Positions 1 to 15,084 of a stretch of DNA of 64,000 nucleotides are shown piece by piece. The DNA comes from Balamuthia mandrillaris (Eukaryota): NCBI GenBank assembly GCA_031835245.2, contig JAVKOQ020000010.1, forward strand, positions 124,001-188,000. Direction: 5' to 3'. A model generated the notes under the pieces. It searched no databases, was not told the DNA's origin, and was given only the letters and a program-made list of their open reading frames with translations. Numbering within the stretch: position 1 is the first letter of the stretch; each line of letters starts with the position of its first letter. The position numbers and the translations under genes are program-made.

Positions 1-986
1 AGCTCAGATCGACATGCAGGCAGGCACCCTCCATGCCGAGGAGAAGGACTACAAAACAGCCTATTCCTACTTTTACGAGGCATTTGAGGGCTTCACTTCC
101 ATCACCTCAAACGACCCTTCCGTCGATCAAGGCGCTATCCTGGCCCTTAAGTACATGTTGCTCTGCAAGATTATGCTTAACAGCGTACGCATTCTCTCTC
201 TCTCTCTCTCTCGTGCTCATGAAAACCGGAACTAACTGTTTTTGTAGGTGGCTGATGTGAATCAAATCATGAGCGGCAAAAATGCACTCAAGTATGCTGG
301 TAGAGAAATGGAGGCCATGCGCGCTGTTGCCACTGCCCACAAGAACCGATCTCTCAAAGCTTTTGAACAAGCCAAAAACGAATATGCTCAAGGTTTGCGC
401 TCTCTCTTCTCTCCCTTCATTTCTTTCTCCTTTCTAATAATTTTCAACAAAACAGAGTTGGGGAAGGACATCATCGTCCAGCGTCATTTGGCAGAATTGG
501 AGGACACATTGCTTGAACAGAACCTTAGCCGCATCATCGAGCCTTTCTCCTGCGTGGAAATCAACCACGTAGCCTCCCTCATTGACCTTCCTGTGGCCAG
601 CGTAGAAAAGAAGTTTGTTTCTCTCTCTCTCTCTCTCTCTCCCTCTCTTACTCTTTGCTCACTCTTTTTGTTTTTTAAGGCTTTCTCAAATGATATTGGA
701 CAAGAAGCTGTTGGGTATTCTTGATCAAGGAGCTGATACTCTCATCGTGTTCGATGAACCTTCTGCTGATGTATGTTCCACTCATCCTCCTCCTCTTCCT
801 CTCCCCCTCCTCTCTCTCTCCTTTGTACTTCTTTTCTCTTTTCTTTTTGTGCATCACAATTCACACATTCTCATCCTTGTTATAAAAAAAATGAAGGGAA
901 CCTACCCTGCTGCATTGGAGACGGTTCAACACATGGGCAAAGTCGTTGATAGTTTGTATGAAAAGGCCTTAAAATTGAACATTTAG
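1..986 (+). CDS. PSMD11: 26S proteasome lid subunit RPN6/PSMD11, 3' part (5' end lies before the window)
   Basis: Spliced exons read [44 protein letters not shown] and [18 protein letters not shown] (PCI domain). Four GT-AG introns; stop TAG ends at 986. Confidence 0.95.
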
Positions 987-1107
987 ACAAAAAAAATGAA
1001 TAATAAACAAGACCACATGCTTTGTTATGCCAACTGCACCGTTTTTCCTTCATCAAGCAAAGAATTCAGTATCGTTGTTGGCACAAAGACGTTTCCCAGT
1101 CACTCTC

Positions 1108-2760
1108 TCACTCGCTGGTGGTGGGTGCAGCAGTGATATCACTTGTAGTATCTTCATTAAGAATGGCCTCTATCTTTGATCTGGTGATGGCCGCCACAAT
1201 CTGTAGATTCGATAGATAACAACGTTGGCAGAAGGGCAAGAAGCGAAGAAAAAGATCAAGAAACGTACGCTGTGTTCCATGGTAGGATGAGGATCAATGC
1301 ATCGGTCTGCTGCAGAGCCCATAATCTCTCCCATCAATCGGTCAAACAATCTACATGGGATCCGTTAGAACGGAACAAGAGAGGAAAAGCGAGAGGGAAA
1401 AGAGGAGGACACAAACCTTTCATTTTCGGGCAATGTTGCAAACTTGGTGCGAAGCACGGAGCCAAGGTAAAAGCAATCCACTTGGATTTGTTGATAGGCG
1501 TTTCTGTTGAACGTCTTCAGACGGACGTTCTCGCAAAAGGCTTTGAGGCTAATTTTTAGGATGGCCATCATAATGCCATCAGCAGTGGGAGCTACTGGAC
1601 CAAAGTACTTCAACTTCTTTTCGAATACGTGGCTGGTCTCCACTTGATATGACCGCGAACGACGATGCCCTCTGTGTTCTTTAACCAACGAAAGTTTGAA
1701 TAGAAAAATAATAAGTCGAAGAAGAACAAGAATATGAAGAGAGCATTTTGCATTTGCAAAAGAAGACAAACCTGGGACAGAAGGGGTTGGAATCTCACCG
1801 TTACCCCGATCAAACAGTTGGGAAATTTTGTGGGAGATGGCAATGATATGAGAGGCCACAAGCTCTATGCCCTTTTTGTGAAAATGTGAGAGGGAGCGTG
1901 AAAACAGTAGAGAGTATAGCAGCAGACTGACCTCGGTTACTTTGCGTGGTTCTTTTACGGTCGCCCATTTACGCATGTTGAATACCCGTTGAATCATTTG
2001 GGATACCTTTTGTCCCTGTCGCTTAACATAATATGCCAACAGTAGAGATGAGCTCTCTTTTGCTCGTCTTATCAAATCCTCCACATTGAGCTGTTGTTTC
2101 AGTTAGTAAATAAACAACAGAGAAAGCAATAGAGAGAGAGAAACGCACGTTGTTTTCAGAGCTGTAATTAGCAACAATAGCCAAGTCCTGTAACACTTTA
2201 TGTATGTGAGGCACGCCCCACGATGCAATATGATAACACACTCTGGCTAACTGAAGAGCAGCAGTGCCGTTGATGCTCTTGTTGAGAGAACGGACATCAT
2301 AATTGACGTCGTCACGATCGCGTGAAATAGTTCTGTTGTTTCGGGTATTGCTCTGCTCGGCTTCTTTCCGCAGTCGCTCTAACTGCAGCTTTACTTCCTC
2401 TGCACAGCAGTTGCTCACTTGAATATTAATGCTTAGAAAGAGTTGCTGAATGTTGACTACCACTTTAGTGAAGAATGTGGCCGTATGGCTTGCCATAAAA
2501 CTGTTAGCCGGAGTGAACACGAATAATAACTGCAGCAGTTTAAAATTAGAATAACATCACATAAAGAAACAATGAAACAAATACCTTTAACTTATCGAGG
2601 AACTGTTCCACTTCTTCTATGATGGCCGAGGCTACATCATTACACTGCTGAGAAAGCACAACGTCGTCCTTTTCGGCTTCCTTTCGTTCAGCGGCGGGTG
2701 CAGCGGGCTTGTCCGAAACAATATCAGCCGCGCAAAGGCTGAGCAGGTGATCTATATTGA

Positions 2761-2791
<31 letters not shown>

Positions 2792-4129
2792 AAATACGTA
2801 AAGATATGCTGAATAAATATGCGAGTCTGCAGAACTTAAGCGACGTTTTTGACGTACCCAAAACGTTATTCTTCATTGTGTTGAATGACCGTTGAATAAG
2901 ATTTTGTACGGTTTTGTCTATAACGTCGTCAGTTACATCCATAAGCCCAAGTTCCGGCGCTTGCGAATGAACTTGCGCCAGATCGCCTCTTATCTGTCGC
3001 AAGCCTTCAATCAAGTACTGAGTGTTATGTTTTCTCTGAATTATAATTGGTCAATATCACATTAAAACAACGGATCAGAAGTAAAGGAGAACCAGTAACG
3101 CTGCTGAAGTAATGTAGAGATATTCATCGAACAAGCGTTGGTTGTAATCATCAAAGGAATCCACCGCTTTTGTACGTGAAGTGGTTGTTTTGGCTTGCGA
3201 GATAAACAGCTGTTTAAAGTACGAGTAAAAGGGCATGTACTGTGCGAGAAACTCGTTGTCCAGCTTTTTGAGAAAAGTAAGCAACTCTTGTCCTTCCTTA
3301 AGTTCGTCGTGTTCTTCAACATCACTTTTAGTTGTTGTTCCTTCCTTCACCTCCCCTACTGGCTTTTGTTTTGTTTCTGGTTTGGCGGTTGTATGTAGTT
3401 GTCCTGACTTTTGTTCGACTTGAGCACGAAATTCGTTCAGTATTGCCATTATCAAAGCGCCTCGCCTAATGCCACACATCCGTAAGAAAAGAAGAAGAAG
3501 AAGAAGAAGAAGAAGAAGAAGAAGAAGAAGAAGAAGAAGAAGAAGAAGAAGAAGAAGAAGAAGAACAAGAGAGATCATACTTTTCAACGTATACTTCACG
3601 CAGTTTATCTGCTGTCTCGGGTGACTCGCTGAGTTCCAACAATAGTCCCATACATTCTCCTGCTTCTGTTGCTGACGTCTTGTTTGATCGTCAGTTTCAA
3701 TGAAATGGAGAGAGCTAAGGCAAAGGAAAGAAATGACAAAAAAGCGAAACCTCTTTGAGCTCGAGTTTTTGACGGAGAGTCGTCTGTAGGTTTTGCATGA
3801 TGCCTTGACACTCGACCAGAATGGACCTAAAGGACGGCACGTGGCTATACTTATGGAGCACGCGGTGAGTCTTCCCAAAGTAACGAACGGCTTGGTTGTA
3901 AGATCCCATCTCCACCGCTTGACGCAGTCTTGATGGCAACTCGAACAAGAACTGACGCTATTTATATTATGTTTTGTTAGTGGTTATTTTGAAAGGAAAG
4001 AAAGAGAAACGACGAAAGAACGAGAAAGAGAAAGAGAAACGACGAAAGAGAAAGAGAAAGTGAAAGCGAAAGTGAAAGTGAAACGACGAAAGAGAAAGAG
4101 AAAGTAAAAGAGAGAGAGAAAGAGAAAGT

Positions 4130-4165
<36 letters not shown>

Positions 4166-4906
4166 AAAGCGGAGCATTGGAGAACCAAAGCAAAAGAAAG
4201 GACGCAGAAGAGATTGGAGGAAAGAGACGGAAGGGACAGACGAAAGAAAGAAACGGCAAGAAAAAAAGCAAATAAGAGAGAAAACCTTTTTCAACAAACG
4301 ATAAAGCCCGCTGAGCTCCTGCACTCGAGCTCTACGAGGGGCAAGCGTGGTATTGATCTGCTCCGTGGCCTCGCTGATCTTCTCCATGTTCTGCGAGAGG
4401 CGCTTCATCTCCTCCTCCATGTTCTCCACGTTGCTCTTCATGTTGCGGATGGTGTCGGTGGCGCTGATGAACTTGTTGTAGTTCTCGTAGACGAGCGTCT
4501 TCATGTCGCTGTCCAGCTTCTTGATCTCCTTGAGCATGGACTCATCCTTCTTGAGGAGCGCCTTGGCGGAGCTCGTCTTGAGCAGCTGGGCAAAGTATTT
4601 GTCCACGTCGAAGCAAGGGTCATCGATGTTGGTTGGATCGACGCCACCACGAACCACCACCTCCTCTTTGCCACCTCTTTTTAGGTTGGGGGCAACTGCA
4701 GAAGAAGTGGTCGTGGACGGCGGTTGATTGGAAGAGGAAGATCTTGGCGTAGTGGCCTTGCTCTTTCTTCCTTCTTGAGACTGCGGTTGTTCCTGCTGTT
4801 GTTGCTTTTGCGCTTCTAACGTGCCGTAGTAGTTTCTGAGCAAGTCTCTCTTGCGTCTCTGCCTTGCCTCTTCGCGCAGCCGTGCCTTCTCTTCCAACGA
4901 CTCCAT
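1108..4906 (-). CDS. VPS51: GARP/EARP complex subunit VPS51 (Ang2)
   Basis: N-terminal Vps51 motif: DPTNIDDPCFDVDKYF...EIKKLDSDMKTLVYENYNKFISATDTIRNMK, then FELPSRL. C-terminal LKAFCENVRLKTFNRNAYQQIQVDC. Multi-exon; stop TGA at 1108-1110. Confidence 0.93.
3489..3563. repeat. (GAA)n microsatellite in a VPS51 intron
   Basis: Perfect trinucleotide run. Confidence 0.95.
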
Positions 4907-5133
4907 CTCTCTCTCTCTTTCTCTCCCTTCCTTGTTTTTTTTCCTTTTGGTTATTTTTTTAGGTTAGACAAAGAAAGACTCCCTCCTTTGCGCACTTTTA
5001 GGGGCTGATGTCATACTTTTCTCCCTTTCGCGGTCCTATCTTATGACGTCACCACTCTTAACGATCTTTGAAGAGGATCATCTCTTCGTCAAAGGAAGAA
5101 AGCAAAGTCGGTTATTATTAGTATTGTGGTGGT

Positions 5134-5447
5134 TCAGCCTTGTTGCTGCTCTTGTTGTTGTTGCTGCTGCTGCTGTTGTGTTTGCTTGGAAGCAAACACG
5201 ATGCTCTGGTGTTGGTAGTGACTCAAGTCAAAGTCAGCTGGCGGCCACTCGGGCGAGGCAAAGGGCGAGAAGTCGCCGGCCAGGAAGCTGGCCAACTTGT
5301 CGTGCAGCTCCTTGCATTTGTGCTCCGCCTGCTCTGGCCCCGTTTGCAGCGTCTTCCAATAGCTCGTTGCTATCATGGACAATATCACTGTTTTGTTATT
5401 GGGATTTATTCATGTTTTTTTAAGGGTTGTTGTTAGAAGAAAATGAG

Positions 5448-5499
<52 letters not shown>

Positions 5500-8106
5500 A
5501 CCAGGATTGGTGGTGCCAGCGGTATCCGAGAGCGCCAGCAATAGGGTCATTAGCCAGCCGCTCCAATGGTCCTTGGTTCTGTACAAATAAGCGGTGGCCA
5601 CCGAGTTATCAAAGATGAAGCGGGTCAGGAAGAACACTCCCTGATAGAAGAAGGAGGCATGGGTGTTGTTCTGGTGGTATCTCTGCAGCAAGTCGAGAAG
5701 GCCGTTGCTCTCTGCCTCCCAGTTGAGTGCGAGAGCGGCACGCCAGTGGCTGAGGCTGTCGCGGAGGGTCAGCACCGCCTCGAGGGCGTAGAGAAGGTGG
5801 CCCTGGTGGTCGGCGGCACTCTCCGTGGGGAGGATTTGGAGGAGCAGCTGCAGCAGCCAGTAGGAGCGCTCCTCGTCCTCCCAGGCGAGGTGTTGGCAGA
5901 TGACGCTGTTTACCCTCAACGAGTAGCCTTGTTTCATCAAACTTTGATAAAAGTCCTGTTTGACAGAAATGTGAGAAGACTGAGGGAAGAGAACGCCTCT
6001 AGAGGGCAGGTAACAAAAGATGACATAAACAGAGAAGGAACCTTATTGAAGAGTAAGCGCCTGCACTTGACAGTAGGAATGGCGAGTTCTTTGTCATCCT
6101 CGAAGCAAGTAGGCGGGAGAGTGCCTGTCTTGAGGTACCCGCCGGTGGCGCTGGCCCGAACGAGTGCCGCCAACGCGTCCATGAACTCCTTCAGCTCCAG
6201 CGATTGCGTGCCATCACCAAGCCTGTCCCTCCGCGCGCTGCGTTTGTAAGGGGAGTACTCTCCCATGTAATAATCCACCAACACACCAATCATGCCCCGC
6301 TCCACCATATACATCCTTTGTTGGTGACCCATTTCGGCGTAGGCCGCGATCACAGAGAAGTACTGATGGAACCGCCTCCATAACATCCGTGTTGATTCCA
6401 TCTGAATGAAAGCAGGTTAACAAAATGTATAAAGAGAAGAGAAAAAGAGAAAAAGGGGAGGGCAGCGTACTATGGAAAAGAGGTATTCCATAAATCTCAC
6501 AGAAACAGCCTGAGAGATAAACGTGTATTCGGGTTCCTCTCCCTGGGGCGGCTCTGGCGCAGACGGATCGATACTCGCGAGTCGTTGTTCTCTCTCCTTC
6601 TGCATGATATCATACTCGTGGGGGCACAAGGCTTGCAGAATGTGAATCAGTAATTTGGCAAAGCACTGGCGAGCATACAGGTCCAAGCAATCCAACAGAT
6701 GGAATCGCAACCATTTCTTGTGCTCGTCGATCAACTGGCCCAGCAGCCAACGACAGGCTGGGATGTGTTTGGAGTAGATCTTGCAAAGAGCATCCATGAA
6801 TGAAGTATAGAGCTCTTGGTCGCGGTTGTGCAAAAGGATTTCCAGAGCAAAGTGGGTAGCAGTTCGGAGCGTACGGAATAGCAACTCATCGTTTTCACAT
6901 TCTAATTTACCGGTGTCAGTGATTTAGTTTAAGAACATAAATTAAAACGGAGATAAAAGAACAGAAACACATACCAACTACTGTTTCTTCCACTTGGAGG
7001 AAAGACAAAGTCCTGAACATAAAATCAAGATAGCCCTTATCGAAAAGTTGCTTGTGATGAGAGGCTTCGTGATTCTCTCTCCAAACCTCCTCCAGTATAT
7101 TATCAGGAATTACTGAAGAGAGCTGACAGGCGAGCTGCTCTGCATAGTCTACCGTCGATGGTACAATAGCTGTAGATTCTTCATAACCATTTGTTTCGTT
7201 ATTGGTAGCAACGCTGCTCTCTTTCTCTTTGCCTTTTTCCAAGAGAGCAACCTCTTGCCGTGGCGTTGGTGGAGATTGTTGTGGCAGCGGCAGTGATGTC
7301 TCACCAGTGGCCAAAGCTATAACTGCTCGTTGAATGGGTTCTGGCACAGGGAACTCTTCTGGCTCTGGGATCTTTCGTTGATAGAACAGCATGTAAGCGT
7401 TCTTAAGGCGAGGTTCCTTGAAGGTGCTCGCCCAAGTGCCAGTGTAACGAGTAATCTCTTCCTCTCCGCCAAAGCATTCGTTTTGTAGGTCCTAATACAG
7501 ATTACATTTGAGTACAGTGAGACTTAGACAGACAGAAGAAAGGGAGAGGGAGAGAAGGAGAGTTTACCCTCAAGTCCCATGGCTTTACGGATGTATCATC
7601 GAAGAGATACCACTGCCCTGTGCGGGTGGCCCTGTCCTTTATGAAGGAGTAATAATGACCAGCTTCCGCATTGCCCGAGTGAACGAGTACTCCCACCAGC
7701 TCGTACTGGTAATAGCTAGGAGCGTGGGCTGGTTCTAACGCATCTATATCGCCACTGCGACTCTGCCATTCTGAAAGCAGAGTAAACAAACAAGAATGTG
7801 AAAAATAGAAACCACTTTGTAACAGCGGAAAGAAGAGTATTAGAAACTACCTTCAGAATTGGCAGCGTCTTCGCTCTTCTTCTCTTGTTTGGCCTTGGCT
7901 TCTGCTGCGAGGATTCCATCTGTGGTGTATGGTTTCATGTCGATCTCCATTGGGAACTCGAACAAATCAGACAGTTTAGCTCGTAACATTGTGTCATAGT
8001 CAAAGTCAAAGCGCTTAAGATGGATAATCAAAGTATTTGGGAGTTTTTTCAAGGAAGCCCTATGTTGATTAACGAATGGTAAAGTTAGAGAGGAGATAGT
8101 AAAACG

Positions 8107-8142
<36 letters not shown>

Positions 8143-8902
8143 CAACAACAAACCTCTTAAGAGCTTCTACAGTTTTGTTACCACATTTTTCGCAATTCCA
8201 TTCCACCTGCTCGCCAGATACATAATACTCGAGAGCTTCTTGTAAGTTGCTCTTGCCTTTTATCTCGATACTGATTACCGAGAGAGGATCTTCTCGCTCG
8301 CTGTAGTGCGAAGAATCGTTAGGGCACTGTACAACCTGCGATGATGCACCTGTGAAATTATTCAACAGTTTCTCCTGTTTAAATAGATACCTTGAGTTGG
8401 ATGAACAATGCAAGCGAAAAATGATGAGATGATACGAACGTAAGGTGTATGCTTCAAGGAAGTTTCCAACTTCTCGCAGAGGTGTCTCAGAAATTCTTCA
8501 GCATCTTGCTGCAACTGAATGTTGACAGGTTCGCCGTTGTGGTCTTTGAAGGCCTTACAAAAACTGACAGAAGGGTCATAAAATTGTTTTTGGCTGTGCT
8601 GCAGATGAGCAAACATGTCTTGCAGTTGTAACAAAACATTTTCCACCTCTGCTTTATCAGAAGAGGAAGGCAAAGGAGAGGAGGAGGAAGGCGAGGGCGA
8701 AGATGAAGCTAAGGAGGAAGAGGCAGGCTTGGCGGACAACAGGCCGTAACGGAAGATAGGATTCATGTACAATTGCTGCAACAAGGAATTCATATAACAA
8801 ATGCAGCCAGGGTTACGCAAGCCTACATAACCCGAACTGTTCTTGACTGTAGGCTTCTCCAACACCAGCTTCGAGTCTAATGGAAACTCTTAGTGAGTAT
8901 GT

Positions 8903-8942
<40 letters not shown>

Positions 8943-9681
8943 CGAGAGACATACGGTCCTGCTGGGGAAACAATAGCTGTATGATTCGGTGAAGATTTTG
9001 TTGGCAGCCATGTGCAAGTTCCAGCAACAAATGGAAGCAGGAAGTGCGTGAGGGTGAAGTTTTGCACTTGTTTTCTTCTTTCCATTGAATGGGTTTGCCT
9101 TTCTTTAATCTTTCTTTGTTCAACTTAGGTTGCGGAGGAAATAGGCCATTGACCCACAGTTCCTGTATCATATTTTGACTACAATGCCAACACAGTAAAT
9201 AAAAAGGAGACCAAAGGAAGCAAGAAGGAAGTGTTCTAAATATTCCACATACCCATCCTCTGCTCCAATGGTCTCTTTGTGCTTGGGGTTGAAGTAGAGT
9301 AGGACGCGACATGTGTCCATCAGGCCAATCAGCACTTGATCGGGCGGATCGTTCTCGGATTCTTCTTGCATGGGACGCCGCTTGATTCGATCCAACAGTT
9401 TGTACAGTAGTACCTCCAATTGTTTGCGTCTTTCCTCAATGGCCTCCACTGACCCTTGCGTAGGCGGTGAGGTTGAGTCGCTGTTTAGTACACGATTGGC
9501 TCTGTCGTAGAAGTTGATGATCAACCTATTAAGCTGCACAAAGAATTCATGGCAGGTCTTGATGGTAGAGCCTTCTTCTGGGATGTGATCCAGTAGCAAG
9601 CTCAACAAAAACGTGTGCGGTGGCGTTTGTACTACTTTCTCGGCGATACTTAAAACACAGAATTGTTAGGATAGAAGGGGG

Positions 9682-9720
<39 letters not shown>

Positions 9721-11109
9721 TACCTGTTTTGCAATTCTGTGCAGAGTTGGTTTAAGCCGTTGGATATCGCAAAGCGAACCATAGGCTCAGGATGGAATAG
9801 TAGTGTGCTGACTATGAATTCCTCAATACAACCAGTAGCTTCACCATTTTCTTTCGGTCTTGAGCTTTCTTCTTTCGAGGCATGAAGGCCTTTTGTGGCC
9901 TCACTGTCACTATACTCGTAAAAGTGAGTGAGCAGGTCGGGCCTCGTCACGATGGAGCTTACAAGTAGTGACATTGCGTATTGCACGATTTGCACCGAGT
10001 CGCTTGGTCGCGCCCCACTCTCCGCAGTGTTACTCTCGTTCATGATGGGAGATGATAAGTCTCGTCGGGTATCTCTGCATGTATCCCATATGATTTTGAT
10101 CATCATGCGAACGAAATGGGGAAAGTCCACCGTTTTGATGAGTCGTTGCCCCGTGTCAGAGCTGATCACAAGTTGCTCTCTCTTCTTTGTTTGGTCTTGC
10201 ACACCCGGCAAGTCCACCAACCCACCTGTTGAATTAAAAAAAAATAGGTAGTGAAGATTAATAATTTGCAAGGAAGTGGCTTTAAAGGTAGTTTGCATTT
10301 GTGACACTTGCCTCGCATGAAATAATAGATAATCTTCAACAGAAGCGCACGGCAGGATTTGAAAGCAAGGCTTTCTTCCTGGCCTTGTAGCTTGTCTAAA
10401 ACCAAAATATCGAAGCAGTGGTGGAACCCACTCAAGTAATAAAACGTGCGGCACCATTCTTTCTTCTCAGTCAATTCTTGCTCCTATTTAGAAAAAAATT
10501 AGCTAACGAGGGAGAGATGGAGAGAGAGAGAGAGAGAGAGAGAGGCTTACCGTTGGTTGTTGGGAAGGAACCATGAGGGAGTCAATAATTTGAAGACAGT
10601 ACAACATTTTGTACAAGGTTTGAGGATTCAGCAATTGGTCCCAATCAGGGCCTGAACCTTCTGTTAACCCTTCCAAAGTTCTCAAAGTTTCCAACAAGCG
10701 CTCGTTCGTTGGCAATTTGGTAAGTATTTCCCACACCTGAGAAAGAGAACGGCTAATGTTAGCATGATGCCACAACCCAAGAAACAAAGCAGTGTAAAAT
10801 ACCTTCTCTGCGTCTATGTTTGGAATGTTCAACAACTCAAAAAGCTGATCGAAGTAGGCTTGATTATTAGATAAGAAAAAGCTTGGAGAGATTTCTTGCA
10901 GCGGTTCTACAAGTGGTGGAGGTTCGGAAGTGTCCGTATTGGTGTTTTCATACTAATGTGCGGAAAGTGTAAGTCAGTAGCAAATACAAATGGTTCACAA
11001 AGTATGGAGAGCACATACCACGGCAGCTTCCGCCACCATTTTTTCTTTCTTGGCATCATCGCTCAACCAACTGATAGCAGTGTTCTATGAACAAGCGATT
11101 AGTAGAAGT

Positions 11110-11144
<35 letters not shown>

Positions 11145-14100
11145 ATGTATGTAACTTACCATGTTCCAATTACACCGTTCCATGGTGACAAGAGCACAAG
11201 CCAAAGAGACACCCATACTCTCTGCCAAGAAGGGCGCTTCATGCTCACAAGTGGGTGGAGGAGTGGGCAGCACGTTAACGACAACAGGAGAAGCAACCGC
11301 GAGAGCTTTGGCTTGGTATTCGCTATCTTTAGCCACATCCTGATCCCTTTTATTGCTTTCCTCCAGAAAAGCCTTGGCAAGGGTTAGCAGAAAAAAATCG
11401 AGTCACTCAACATTTCATGGAATTGTATACCTTGAGCATGGTAATGATACGGTCGACTTGATTCTGATAACCAAAGTTGGTATCGGTAGTGGTAATTCTA
11501 AGCTGTAACTCTTGTAACTGGGCCATACATTGGTCAATATAACGCTTGCGAATGTCGTTAATATGAACACTGCCCGTGGGGTCGATCTTTTGGGAGAAAA
11601 AATGAGAGAGCATATGAGAAGAGAGACAGAGAGAAGAAAATGATGTATTGGGAGCGGAACGCACTCGTTGATGAAGGGCGATCAAAAAGTTCATTGCATG
11701 CTGAAATACTACGCTCGATTCTACACTCAAGACAATCCTCCAGAGCGTATCCAAGCCGATGAGCTCCTCGAAGGCGCACACCTCCCACCTAGTGTCATTG
11801 GGATTGGCCATACGCAAGGCTCCGCTCTGCGAGTTAACGCAACAGAAATACCGGTGGAAGCAATCAAACATGATAGGTGTCATGTTGACTGCATCCATTT
11901 GGCACAACCGTGTGGTAAATAGATGGTGAGCCATCTTAGAGGTTACAGTGTTGGCATCAACTTTCACAAAAGTTCGGCAAAGCCTAAACAACCATCCCAG
12001 AAATGCTTCAATCTGTATTTGAAAGAAAAAAAAATGAACAAGAGAAATTAAAAACCAATAAAAACAGAGTGACACAAATACCTCTTCACGAAAAGAAGCC
12101 TGAACAACAAAAACATCCCACAAAATCTCAACACGGGTGGTGATCAAGCGCCCTTTGGTGTATTCAAAGGAAAACTCCAAAAACTCGAGCAGCTTGTTGA
12201 TTTGATAAATATGTGGGTAACGACCATCCAGAGCAACCACTCTAGGATCCAAATTCTCGGGTCTGAGGCCATTTTGAGATTCTAGCTCAGCGAGGCGAGC
12301 CAAAGTGGCTTCTTTGTAAGACTTGAATTCCTGCATCAAAGTATCGATGAAGCCTAAGTCATCACGAAGCCGGCTCATAATATTTTGCCTGGTAGATTCT
12401 GAGTTCTTCATCATGTGACTATCTCTGCTGTCGTAGAATTGTTCAACTATTTTTCAGGGTGAAGGAAAAGGCAAAGTAAAAAAACTCGAACTTCCAGTTA
12501 ATGAGAGCAAGCAATACTTACGAACGATGTTGCGAAGCAGAGCAAGACATTGCATCACTGATTCTCTTTTGGCAACTTTATCGATAAAGATATCAATTAG
12601 CTTGTACCTGTAGACAAAGCAAAAAAGGCACTCGATTGCGTTAGTTCGGAGCAAACAAAAAAAACCATGAATGGAATACCTATGCGGTCTGAGTGAGTAT
12701 CCACCCGTCATTTTCATAAGTTGTTCCATAGCGAGATCGACGATAGGTTGCTCAGCGGCCGAGTCGTCTTGAACTAATTGCCATAACAAGTTCATGGTAC
12801 GCAGCTTTTTCAAAAGAAATGTCAGCAATCCATATGTGTATCAGCCTGTGGGAGGAACCAGTAAGAAGAAGAGAGATAAAGTACCTTAATTTCGGTGAAG
12901 TTGATGGTATAATCTTGAAACTGAGAGATAAGCGTGATGATGCGAGGAGTAAATTCAGCAAAAGGAATGTCTTGAATCTTCTTTAAGAGGTAGGTGAGCT
13001 GCTCTAAAGAGAGACTGCTAAGAATGCTGCCAAGCAGCACATAGACAGCTTCCACCAGGGAGTCATGGTTGAGATTCCGAGCGTTCCAAATCATGTCTAG
13101 ATATTCCTCCGATAAACTGTTTTCGGAAGCGAGGAAACGCAGAATGGTTTTGCAACGCTTTATGAGTTCGGGATGAGTATCGGAAGCTACTGATAAAAGG
13201 TCCTCTATTATCTTGTTGCTACGAAGCCATTCAATGAGATAACTCGATTCCAACCACTTAGCTACCTGTATAATAAAGTCATTCATTAAATCAGTGTTTG
13301 TGGAGAGAGAGAGGGAGAGAGAGAGAGAAATTTACTGGAGGTAACCGCGTTATATAATTGGCCGAGTGGTGACTCTCATCGTTCCAAGTACTATATTTTT
13401 TACGCTTAGTCATGTCAATGACTGTCAAGATAGAAAAATGTGAGAACAAATTGAAACAGCAAAGTATGGAGAAACCTTACCTTCTTCTATGTGGGAAAGT
13501 CCATGCATACGCTTTGGCAAGTTTTGCGAGTGGAAACACTTTAAGGCGAACTCCAAGCAAAAACGCTCACAGAATTCGTAAGCCCCAGCTCCAGCGTATT
13601 CCTTCATTAGACCTTCCATGTATCGCACAATATCCTCCACGTCCTTCTTGCCAACCGATTTGAGTTCCTCCGGAGAGAGATTGATCAGCATTTGCAGCAC
13701 CATTTCCAACTCGGGATAGAACTTCTTTTTGAGATCCGGTATCAGGAAGCTTTTTGTCTGTGCACACAAAGGCGAGTGAGACGATTAGCAACTGGTCCTG
13801 AATGAGAGAATAAGAAACGTACCCTGTAAAATAGAGAAATAAGGAGTTTCAATGTAGAAATGGGGACTTTTGGCTCTGTGTGGCGTATCCTTGCCACCAT
13901 GGCGTCCAATCCTCCTTTGTTCACAAAGTAATTTATATTATAGACACAGAAGCGGGAGGAACGCGAGGAACTCTAATGTGCATCCGTAAATCAAAGTATG
14001 GTATATTTTCAGTAATGGAAAGAATAAAAGTCAATGGTGAACCGCATACCTCCAACAGAGCAAATTCTTCCAAAACTTGAGAAGAGTCTTTTTGAGACTG

Positions 14101-14183
14101 AAGTTGCGCATAAAGTATATCCTGTTGATAGTAATTTTGTTCAGCAGGACAAAGACGGGGTAATCGAGAGAAGAGAGAGAGAG

Positions 14184-14224
<41 letters not shown>

Positions 14225-15084
14225 AGAGCAGAGCAGAAACCTCTTGCTCGTAGGGCGTATGGAAATAAAATGGCCGTGTGTCATCGAAAAGCTTGTTTAA
14301 AATTTCCAGCAGCGGTTCGTTATCATAAGACATACGATAGATAGCAAGGTCTATAACCCGCAAGAAGAATTCGTTGACCAACAAGAAATGGTCGTCCTCT
14401 TTGAACCTTCTTTGAACAAGTATTTTGATAATGGCAGGCAACGCAGTGTGCACAAAGTAAACCCGGTGCTCTGCCGTAAATGGGCACTCCTCTGATGTTA
14501 AGGAGTCGATGACGCTTTCCAACAAGGCCAAGGGTCTCTCAGGAGCAACAGCGACTAATGAAACGGTCAATAAGCACAATTCTATCACTCTCACTCACCT
14601 CTTTCTCTTCGGTGCTCTACCACCCTTCTCTCGTTCGTTCTTCTCTCTTCTCTTTTTGGAATGTAACGTACCTCTATCAAGCTCCGTTTGTATGTTATGG
14701 TAGGTTATCTCATAATTTAATATCTCTTCTGGGGTGAGTGAGACCTTTGGTTTTATGGGAATAAGTTGGCCTTCTGTTATTTTTGGTGGCGTGCAGCTGT
14801 TAGTAGGTGAAGTATACTAAGCCCCAAAAAAAAATGAAAGAGTTACCTTCAACCACCTCGGTGCAGGTAGTGGCATTTTGCGGAGGAGCAGTCTCTCCTG
14901 ATGAGCCAGTCACAACCTCATTGGATGGGTCCTCAACCTTCCCAGAGGCGGTGCACGTTGATGAGGAAGCTGGCGGGGATTGCTCTGCCTGCTGAGTTGA
15001 ATCAGAGGCCGGTTGCTCGGAGGGAAGTGGAGCTATAGTCTCGGTGGTTGAAACAGGTACTGGTACCTCTTCTGTGGAGCTCAT
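5134..15084 (-). CDS. Large ubiquitin-specific protease, USP9/USP24/USP34 (Faf-like) family
   Basis: Cys box [19 protein letters not shown] (~8830-8775), [19 protein letters not shown], His box [23 protein letters not shown] and WYLFDD. Long helical N-terminal region over more than 20 exons. Confidence 0.9.

Noticed and set aside
4214..6249. Long antisense ORFs (4214-4684, 5566-6249; likewise 22906-23694 and 62820-63443)
   Set aside because: Shadows of codon bias on the strand opposite well-supported genes; no recognisable motifs.
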